Source: Octopus vulgaris
Lineage: Eukaryota
DNA length: 64,000 nucleotides
Assembly: GCA_951406725.2 (NCBI GenBank)
Contig: OX597834.1
Coordinates: forward strand, 30,070,001-30,134,000
Direction of reading: 5' to 3'
Position numbers and translations under genes: made by a program. Position 1 is the first letter of the stretch; every line of letters starts with the position of its first letter. The notes beneath the pieces are model-generated. The model was given only the letters and a program-made list of their open reading frames with translations. It was not told the DNA's origin and made no database searches. This document shows, piece by piece, positions 53,667 to 64,000 of the stretch.

Positions 53667-55430
53667 ATTCAAAGTGAAATCAGTTTGAATCAATAGGCAT
53701 CATACTTAACAGAATAATCTAAATGCTAAAGAGTGTTAATCAAAACTGTGTTCTGCATAAGAGTCTCTTTATTGTTGATACACTAATCTCAGCTCTTTTC
53801 TTCTCTAGATTTAGAATGTTCTGGAATACATATTCAAAGATAATGCACAGTTCTTGTAAATTTGTTCCAGTCTCTCTACCATTTGAAATTGGTAACCTTT
53901 CAGGGGTGGATTTTTAGTTTGAGAACAATGGGTAAGATAGCTGGTGAACAAAAGTCATTTTAAGCTTTGTCAAAAAAATCATGGATAAAAAGTGACACAT
54001 GGGCACATGGGAGTCTTGGTGCTTTGTCCAGGATTTTTTGGTCCATACTTGGGCTTCTTCCTTCTCACAGCTGCTCTCAAATACTTTTGGGTCATCCAAG
54101 TAAATGTATCAGGCTATGATGAAGGATATTTTTACACAATGATCAATATTGACATCTTTACCATATTTTATTGCCTTTGCACAGCTTTTAACACTGGAGA
54201 TGTACTAAGGTGTCATCTGTTCACTACCAGTGAACTAAGGTAACACCCCTTATTTTTCAAGCACCATCCAAAGTATTCAAGCAGCCTCTATTTGTTCCAC
54301 ATACTTCTCAAGATTTTTACTCACTGTTCCCAGGGCTCCGACAATTATTGGTGCTACTACCACCTTTTACAGCAACCACAATTGCTTAACCTCCCAAGCT
54401 AACCTGTCATATCTATCGACTTTCCTTTCTTCCTTATCACATACCTTGTTGTCAGCTGGGCATGCTATATCTATGATCCAGCATTGTTTGCTTTCTTTCT
54501 CAAATAACACTCTGTCTAGCTTCCTATTCTCTATTTCATGGTCGCACTGAATCATAAAATCCCATAGGACCTTTGCATTATCATTTTCAATGATGCCTTC
54601 GGGTTTATGTTTGTACTAATTTTTTGCTCTGTCAAGTCCATACTTGTTGCAAAGTGTCCAACGGACAATCTTTGCTATATTGTCATGGCATCTCTTATAT
54701 TCCTTCTGGGCTAGTGGTATAAATTTGCTGGTAATATGCCATACGGTTTCACCATTTTGTCCACAAATTCTGCACTTATCACTTTCTGATGTGTTGTCTA
54801 TTCTGTATTTGATGTAATTTGTTCTTGGGCAGAACAGATTAGAGCCTCCATTTCCAGTTTTAAATCACTTTTAGTCATCCACAGCCATTATCTTCAACAT
54901 CTGTCTTATCTTCAACATCCCTACGAAACAGTCCATGAATTCTTTTCTTTATCCACCCATTTTCAGTTTCATTCATTCTCAAGTCCTTGTACAGTGCTTT
55001 ATTTTTGCCAGCCAAAATTCTTAGCCGCATTTCATCCAGCTTTACGTTCTGAGTTCAAATTCTGCTGAGGTTGACTTTTGCTTTTCCTCCCTTCAGGGTC
55101 GATAAAATGAGTACCAGTTGCATACTGGGTGATGTCATCAACTACCTCTCCGAAATTTCATGCCTTGTGCCTGTTGTAGAAAGAATTATTATTATTATTA
55201 TTCTATGTTTGACTTTTGCTTTATATTTGTACAAGTTGGCTCCAAGTCTCATCCAGAGACCTCAAGAGACAACAGGGTTGGAAGTTCATGTTGTTGTTAT
55301 GCCTAGTGTGCCATATATTTGGGGGGGGGTGTTGTACTAATGAATGTCTAAAAAAAAATATATTATTATTATTATTACTATTATTATTATTAATATATTT
55401 TTTTGTTTTTTGCTTGTTGTTTTTTTATAG

Positions 55431-55519
55431 TTGCAATTATGACACAACATTTGAAGGCATAACAGAATCTTCAGTTTGTGTTGACAGTCACTGGTCAGCA
55501 GAAACCCCCAAGTGTTATG
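55431..55519 (+). CDS. CCP exon 10 (C-terminal half of split module 9)
   Basis: ttttatag| ... g|gtaaat, phase 2-1, 89 nt. (S)CNYDTTFEGITESSVCVDSHWSAETPKCY completes exon 9 exactly (85+89=174 nt). Confidence 0.9.
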
Positions 55520-56184
55520 GTAAATAAAAACTCTCTTTTTCGTTCTTTTCTCCTCCTTCACAACAAGCAGAGAAGGTATCTCGTTAGTAGAGTCATTGTG
55601 GCAGTGAATAGATTGCTTTGTGGCAATTGTCGCAGATTCCAGTGCTCTGAGTTCAAACCTTGTTGAGATCAACTTCGCCTTTCATCCATTTGGAGTTGAT
55701 AAATAAAATGCCAGTTTGTTCTCTTTCTGCCAGTCTGTCTCTCTTTCTGGAAGTAATTGGCTATGATCAGTTCTGGCGAGATATGGGTAATGGCAGTCGA
55801 AAAACAACATAAAACACAATTCTGAAGACCTGCCAGGCGTCAAGACAGGACTCCTATTTCTCCATCAAAAAGTTGAGAACCTAAAAGCATGTCATGTATC
55901 AAGACAATACTCTTCATGAATTCACGAATGTGTTGATGACCTAAAGACACACCATATCTCAACAAGGCATCCCTCTGATTCCATCAAAGGGTTGAAGACC
56001 TCAAGCAGGGCCATGAGTTGATGGCAGAAGCTGTCCAGTATCATACAAAATATCTCATGGTCTTCATTTAGATCCCTTTTTATGTTCTTAGGTCAAATTC
56101 TGTCCTGATCTCCTGTGTGTTTCAGCCTTGAGGTTGATAAAATAAGCATTGACGGTTTATATAGACTCAATTATATACTAGAAC

Positions 56185-56485
56185 AATGATGATGATGACA
56201 ATACTGATGGTGATGACAGTGATGATGATAATGACGATAGTGATGATGGCAATAACAACAATGATGGTCATAATGATGACGACAATAACGATGATGATGA
56301 TAACGAAGGTGATGCTGACAGTGAAAGTGAGAGTGATGATGATGATGATGACGACGATGGTAGTGATAACTATAATAAAGATTATGTTAATGGTGATGAT
56401 GATGGTTACAGTGATGATTACTGAAGTGATGATGAGAATGACAATGTTGACAACAGTTACCATGATGACAATGATGATGATGATG
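56185..56485. repeat. Degenerate (GAT)n tract directly upstream of the exon 11 acceptor
   Basis: Direct inspection. Confidence 0.9.
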
Positions 56486-56512
56486 TTTCTTTGGATTTTC
56501 TTCTTTTCACAG

Positions 56513-56713
56513 CAAAATGCACAATTCCAAACGTCCGAGGGCTTAACATTTTCCAGCAAGACTTCCTGAATTTGATCAAGTTAAAGCCATACGACACCGT
56601 AAAACACAGAGTCACTGTCAATTACTATTGTGAACCTGGTTATAGGCCGTCAGTGCCAAAGTCATTGTCGTGTCACAATGGAACTTGGACTAGGGATATA
56701 AAATGTACTGAAG
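56513..56713 (+). CDS. CCP exon 11 (module 10)
   Basis: ttcacag| ... |gtaaga, phase 1-1, 201 nt. KCTIPNVRGLNIFQQDFLNLIKLKPYDTVKHRVTVNYYCEPGYRPSVPKSLSCHNGTWTRDIKCTE. Confidence 0.93.
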
Positions 56714-57850
56714 GTAAGAATACACCATTTGCTTTGCTTGTCTTTTGTCATGCTTTCTTCTTTTTCTTTCCTTTTTGGGGATTCGCAGAAAGAATTATTA
56801 GAAGAGTTAGTCAAAATGTCTTACATTATTTTGTCTAGTGCACTATGTTCTGAGTTTGAATCTTACCAAAGCCAAATTTCACTTTTATCCTTTTGTCGGT
56901 GGCACGTAAAAAGCACCATCTGAATCGTGGCCGAAGCCAGTGCCGCCTCGACTGGCTTCCGTGCAGGTGGCACATAAAATGCACCAATCCGACCGTGGCC
57001 GATGCCAGCCTCGCCTGGCACCAGTGCAGGTGGCACGTAAAAAGCACCCACTACACTCACGGAGTGGTTGGCGTTAGGAAGGGCATCCAGCTGTAGAAAC
57101 ATTGCCAGATAAGACCGGAGCCTGGTGCAGCTTTCTGGCTTCCCAGATCCCCGGTCGAACCGTCCAACCCATGCTAGCATGGAGAACGGACGTTAAACGA
57201 TGATGATGATGATGATTGAAGACGATTATTATTATTATTATTTATGCAATTTTACTTTTTAAATCTTATCTTTTATTAATTTTTTTTATTGTTTATCAGG
57301 GGAAGGAAGGGAAGAAGTGCCCTTGACCTGTAGCTTCCTAATTTCATTTTCAGGAACCTCTGTGTCTGGTGGAAGGGATACAGGAACAAGGATATTCTCA
57401 ATCTAGAGACCTTGGCTGGATTCTTGTAATGGAGTAAATTCCATTAAAGACATCCAAAAGCTAGGTGGAGTGGGGTGGGGTGAGGGCTGTTGAACTGAGA
57501 AAAGAATTAAGTCTGTTATCCCAAAATTTTAGAACACAAACACCAAGAGCAAAGGTCACAAGATCAAAGTTGACATTGGTAGAATTTGAACCTTTTTAAA
57601 AAAAAAATTGTTATTGTTTCACCCTGAGTGACCATTATTCTTGAAATAGGGAAATACAATGAATGACTAGAAGTGAGGAGTATATACTTAAAGTTAGTGC
57701 TTAATTAAATCTCAATGTTCATTATTTATGTACTAATGAGAGAGGAAGGAACCACTCTTGCTTTTCTGACGTCTTGAAATAAATAATTGAAAACATACTA
57801 ATGCTCTTAAGGATGCTAAACTATTTTGGGGTTTTCTTTCATATATATCA

Positions 57851-57951
<101 letters not shown>

Positions 57952-57963
57952 ATATATACATAT

Positions 57964-58890
57964 ACACAGAGTGCTGTGAATAAATTGTTGTCTAAATTTC
58001 TCAAAAATGAAAATAACACTGACATCTTATTTTAACAGATATATTTACCAAAATTACATAAAAATATCTTTGAATACTAAAGAGTAAATTTATTCTATAA
58101 AATCGCCATTGGCTTCAACCGCAGCCTCCAGACAACTTCAGAATCTCCTACAACTCCTCTGGACGGTCTCGTTGTTTAAGTTGGTGAATGCTGCCATAAT
58201 CCTTGCCTTCAGTACATCTTTGGTGTTACGAGTTTGGTGAAGATTAAACATGAATCCTGTGTTTTTGTTTAAGGTGCATGACAGAATGAGGAAGCATAAC
58301 TCTGCCCTGTTCCTTTTGGCCCTTATGGTCCTACTACTGGTCTCTTGCTTGACTGCATCCCACACATAATAATCAAGGGGTTGCTATCTGAGGAGTTAGG
58401 TGGCCAGATGTTAGGGGTGATATGGTCACAGAAATTGTCTGACAGCCATGACAGGGTTCTCCTGCTTGTGTTGCATGGTGCAGAGTCCTGTTGCCAGACA
58501 TAGGATCTTCCAGTAGCCACCTTCTTGACCCAAGGCAGCACTACCTCTTCTGGTCACTTGATGCAGGTCTCCATGTTGAGTCTGAGGCCATGTGGGAAGA
58601 TGAATGGAGGCATAACAATGCCATCATTAGTGATCACTCCAAACACCATGATGTTGACTGGATGTTTGATTTTCATCACTCTTGGTACATGTTTTAGGGA
58701 CATGTGTTCCGCATCTAATCCTAGCAAAAAATTTTCTCGTCTGAGAAAAACCAAAGCATGTTTGGTTGGAGGGGATGCTTGAGTTTGTTCAAAAGCTTCA
58801 TAGCACAGTCTTTCCTCTTGTCTGCTTGATGGCTTGAGATAAAAATTGGCCCCTTCTCAGCTTGTATGAGAAATACTGAATGTCCTCATG
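57964..58890 (-). mobile_element. Decayed Tc1/mariner-superfamily (maT/DD37D-like) transposon
   Basis: KHPVNIMVFGVI..DG..MPPFIF; YVWQQDSAPC...WPPNSSDSNPL. Confidence 0.8.
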
Positions 58891-59036
58891 CACAAACTGA
58901 GTCCTCAACTTGTTCCTTTAGCCAAAAGGTTTGCAAGGCAGCAGCAGGCCTCAAGAGATGCATTCACATCCATAGAACATGATTACCGCTTTAATTTACT
59001 GAACCCTCATTTGTTGTTCACAGCAAGAGAATCCAT

Positions 59037-59087
<51 letters not shown>

Positions 59088-59317
59088 GCACATGCACACA
59101 CGTTTGTGTGTGTGAATCTGCTGAAACACCCACAGAATTCCTCAGCATTCTCTTCGTGTCTCTTACACATATTCCTGCATATGCACAGACTCAAACATGC
59201 GCATACATATATGCACATACACTCTTACATATACACACACACACACACACACATTTGCACAAGCATGCATATTCATATATACATTCATACTCACATACAT
59301 GAATACACATAACCCCG

Positions 59318-59350
<33 letters not shown>

Positions 59351-60282
59351 GCACATGTAAAGGCATGCTGTCATACACACAAGCATATACACATATATTT
59401 CTTTGCTGCCCACAAGGGGCTAAACATAGAGGGGACAAACAAGGACAGACAAAGGGATTAAGTCGATTACACTGACCCCAGTGCGAAACTGGTACTTTAT
59501 TTATCGACCCCGAAAGGATGAAAGGCAAAGTCAACCTCGGCGGAATTTGAACTCAGAACGTAACAACAGACGAAATACCTATTTCTTTATTACCCACAAG
59601 GGGCTAAACATAGAGGGGACAAACAGGGACAGACATAGGTATTAAGTCGATTACATCGACCCCAGTGCGTAACTGGTACTTAATTTATCGACCCTGAAAG
59701 GATGAAAGGCAAAGTCGACCTCGGCAGAATTTGAACTCACAACGTAACGGCAGACGAAATACTACTAAGCATTTCGCCCCGCGCGCTAACGTTTCTGCCA
59801 GCTCGCCGCCTTATATACACATAATTACATGAAATAGATTCTGTATTTGTGCGTGCTTGTATGTATATGTGTGTATATCCAGACTTGCAGAAATGCACGC
59901 ACGCATTAGCTCACTCAACACACACACACACACACACACATGCAATCACTCCACACACACACAAACAAATATCTAGATCATATGTAAAATTTTTCAGTAG
60001 CCAGTCTCACACTTAAAAACACACACGCACTTAAATATGAATACAGAGACACACACATATACACACACTCTTTAATGTACACATACATTTAAATATACAC
60101 CCACGTACATCCGCATACTTAAATTTAAGCATAAACTTACAGGCACACATTTAAACTTACAATACGCATACAAACTTAATATGCATAAACACACAAACAT
60201 ACGTACTCATACACAAATACTCCTACATTTAAATATATATATACACAAACATGTAAGCATACACATATAAATAAACATAGAC

Positions 60283-60324
<42 letters not shown>

Positions 60325-60559
60325 CTACCCACAATAAATTACAAGTACAAGCTTAAATATTTGTACCCACCCACAAAAATATACACACACACACACATAA
60401 ATATACATACTCACACATATACTTTGAATATACATATATACACAAACATACATATACATGCACAGATATACATATACACACATATATACATATATTCACA
60501 TACACACACATAGATACACATATACATACACACACATAAATCTACATACACACATGCAC

Positions 60560-60598
<39 letters not shown>

Positions 60599-61451
60599 CA
60601 TACATACAAATCTACACACAGACACACACACACAAATCTACGTAAACTCTCTCCAAGAATCTACAAAATCTGGGAATGTTTTGGTGCTGCCTCCCTCACC
60701 ATTATTCCTCAACAATGCTTAACAGTTCACACAAGAATTTCTTTGTTGATTGTTGTAAGTCTTTGAGACACTGAGCAAAATCAGAAACTGGGTGCCATCT
60801 AGTCATCCCCACTCCCACCTGCTCCCCCCACACACACACACACGACACACCTACTTGATGCTACTGTTGGTGCTGTGGAGTGTGATCGTGGTGGTGGTGG
60901 TGGTGGTAGCAATGGTAGTGGTGTTGGTGGTGATGAAGTGACAGAAAATATTAAAGTGCTAAAGTTTCAGGCCTTACAAAATGATAATAGTAAATCCACC
61001 CACCCCCATGTATGAATATAGTATGTATGTATAGGTGCAGGCATGGCTGTGTGGTAAGAAGCTTGCCGCCCAACCACATGGTTCCAGGTTCAGTCCCACT
61101 GTGTAGCACCTTGGGCAAGTGTCTTCTATTATAGCCTCGGGCTGGCTAAAGCTATGTGAGTGGATTTGGTAGATGGAAATTGAAAGAAGCCTGTTGTGTA
61201 CGTATATATGTATGTATATATTTATGTGTATATGTCTGTTTCTATGTTTACATACCCGTCTTCTTTTGTTTTTTTGTAAATTCTCACTATGTATATGTAT
61301 ACATATATATATATATATATATTGAGAGAAGAAAGAGATGGACGCTTCAATTCTATGCTGCTGCCACATTATGTCGTACGTGGATGAGAGGATTTGCATC
61401 CCCAACCAAGAATTTTTGATGTAACACATGTCCTTGCGGAAGCTGTTGTGC

Positions 61452-61529
61452 GCGGCTGAAGAAGGCCACAGACATACATTATGCATTGTTATAAATCTGT
61501 CTAATAAAGGCCCGAAACATATGTACCGC
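61452..61529 (+). ncRNA. Hammerhead ribozyme motif with extended stem II in CCP-gene intron (sense)
   Basis: gcgg-CTGAAGA-aggcc...ggccc-GAAA-catatg-TA-ccgc, palindromic ACATATGT stem III. Confidence 0.75.
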
Positions 61530-61570
61530 TGAATCCTTCGCATCATGTTTTTATTTTATTTTGATCAATT

Positions 61571-61622
<52 letters not shown>

Positions 61623-62155
61623 ATATATATATATGTAAAACAATGATGATGATGATATATATATATATCATCATTGTTTAACGTTCGCTTTCCATGCTAG
61701 CATGGGTTGGACGATTTGACTGATCACTGGCGAACCAGGCTCCAATCTTGATCTGGCAGAGTTTCTACAGCTGGATGCCCTTCCTAACACCAACCACTCC
61801 AAGAGTGTAGTGGGTGCTTTTATGTGTCACTGGCATGGGGCCAGTCAGGTAGTACTGGCAACGGCCACGCGCAAATGGTGTTTGGTGTTTTTTATGTGCC
61901 ACCTGCACAGGAGCCAGTCCAGCAGCACTGGCAACACGCACACACACACACACACATTATACAACAGGCTTCTTTCAGTCTCCATCTACCAAATCCACTC
62001 AGAAGGTTTTGGTTGGCCTGAGACTATGGTAGAAGAAACTTGCCCAAGGTGTCATGCAGTGGGACTGAACCTGAAACAAACTTCTTACTTTCCAACCATT
62101 CCTGTGCTTCTTCTTTGATTCCATTTTAACTTTGTTTCTCGTATTTTCTTTGCAG

Positions 62156-62368
62156 ACAATTCCTCATTTTGCGAGGAGCCTCTGACACCTGTCAATGGCC
62201 TTATGACACTCGATACAACGCCAGACAATCCTAACAAAATTGAACCAGGAACTCATGCTATATATTCTTGTAAACCTGGGTATTCTCTACATGGGAAAAA
62301 AAGAATGAGATGTGGTGACAATGGCAGATGGGAAGGTGATACCCCCAGGTGTATGTTCTTCTACCCAG
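62156..62368 (+). CDS. CCP exon 12 (module 11); gene probably continues beyond the window
   Basis: ctttgcag| ... cag|gtaaca, phase 1-1, 213 nt. NSSFCEEPLTPVNGLMTLDTTPDNPNKIEPGTHAIYSCKPGYSLHGKKRMRCGDNGRWEGDTPRCMFFYP. Confidence 0.9.
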
Positions 62369-63043
62369 GTAACATTCTAGAATGCCTAGCAACAAATAGT
62401 TGTAGGTTTTAATTGAATGGGCCCCTAATTATTATTTATATTTTTTGGCAATCCCTTTTTTTTTTTTGAAAAAAAAGAAAACAAGCATCATCACCCCCAC
62501 CTCTCCTCTTCCCTGCCCCCGTTTGTTTTTGTTTTTTTATTTCTTTTATTTATTTTTTAAAATCAATTTGTTGACTTGTTAATCCAAAAGAATGAAAGTG
62601 AATTTACCAAAATTAAGCTTCTAACGAGTATTTCAGTGCTTTGTAAAGAAAAAAAAAAACAAGTTAAAAGTCCAGACTAAACAGTTTACAAGTTTTTATA
62701 TTTTATTTTTTGATGTTTTATTTTTAGTTTGAGTTAAAAGCCTATCATGTTATTCTTGTTTCAGTTGTTGAATTGTTGTGTGGCTATGCTGGAGCACTGC
62801 CTACAGGGATATTTTAGGAGATTAAATTGACTGACTGCACCCCCTGCCCCATACGTCCATGCCAGCTCTGTATATATTTTTTTATTTTTAGATCACATAC
62901 TTATGCAGTTGGTGTCTTTCTTTTTTGCTAAAATTTCCCCTCCCCCACCAAGACACAGGAATATAAATAAATCCACACCAGTTACCAATAGATGTGAAAT
63001 AAACCCAACGCATACAAACGTACATATAAATGTGTGTGTGTGG

Positions 63044-63090
<47 letters not shown>

Positions 63091-63860
63091 CAATTATACA
63101 CGCTGTGTGGTAAGTACCTTGCTACCAACCACATGGTTCCAGGTTCAGTCCCACTGCATGGCATCTAGGGCAAGTGTCTTCTGCTATAGCCCCGGGCCGA
63201 CCAATGCCTTGTGAGTGGATTTGGTAGACGGAAACTGAAAGAAGCCCGTCGTATATATGTATATATATGTGCGTGTGTGTGTTTGCGTGTCTGTGTTTGT
63301 CCCCCTAGCATTGCTTGACAACCGATGCTGATGTGTTTACGTCCCCGTCACTTAGCGGTTCGGCAAAAGAGACCGATAGGATAAGTACTGGGCTTACAAA
63401 GAATAAGTCCCGGGATCGATTTGCTCGACTAAAGGCGGTGCTCCAGCATGGCCGCAGTCAAATGACTGAAACAAGTAAAAGACTAAAAGACTAAAAAAAG
63501 ACATATAAAAACACACATCTATATATATATATGAATCTATACAAGATGATGGAATAGACAGGCCTTAATTACAAATTACAACATTTGTTTCTGTGATGTA
63601 GGGCCAGCTGCAAGTTGCTGAGTTTTCAGTCTCACACTTTTATTTTTTTTACTTGTGTCAGCTATTAGACTGTGGTCATACTGGGGCACTGCCTTGAAGG
63701 GTTTTGATTGAATGAATCATCCCAGGACTTAGTCTATCAGTTGCTTTCATTGAACTGCTAAGATACAGGGATGTAAACACACCAACACCAATTGTCAAGT
63801 GGTGGTGGTGGTGGGGGACAAGCACAGACACAAAGACATACACACAGATATACATATATG

Positions 63861-63900
<40 letters not shown>

Positions 63901-64000
63901 ACAAATCAAAATAGATGAACATCAATGGAATTTGTATCTTTGTGGTACCATTGCCGGTGGCACACAAGAAAATCATCCGAACGTGGCCGTAGCCAGTACC

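Noticed and set aside
57354-57406. Possible alternative terminal exon after exon 11 (GTSVSGGRDTGTRIFSI*)
   Set aside because: Only an acceptor-like site; a better in-frame CCP exon follows at 62156.

Overview
AT-rich, microsatellite-saturated animal DNA whose repeat landscape looks like coleoid cephalopod, probably Octopus (recalled resemblance, not a database result). Nearly all ORFs in the track are microsatellite or transposon artefacts. The one real host gene is a + strand multi-exon gene for a Sushi/CCP (SCR) repeat protein. I can trace 12 GT-AG exons from 25495 to 62368 that splice in frame (2052 nt, 684 codons) into 11 CCP modules. One module is split by a 9.1-kb phase-2 intron, and the gene runs off the right edge. 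Module order resembles the LEV-9/Hasp family of acetylcholine-receptor clustering proteins. Introns and flanks carry tRNA-derived SINEs, RTE, R4/Dong, CR1/L2 and Penelope retroelement relics, Tc1/mariner relics, TTAA MITEs and a non-autonomous Helitron. The least expected signals are a set of minimal Penelope-type hammerhead ribozyme motifs (two with intact cores sense within the pre-mRNA), several long fold-back hairpins, inverted young SINEs bracketing a CCP exon, and a repeat/variable-spacer array.
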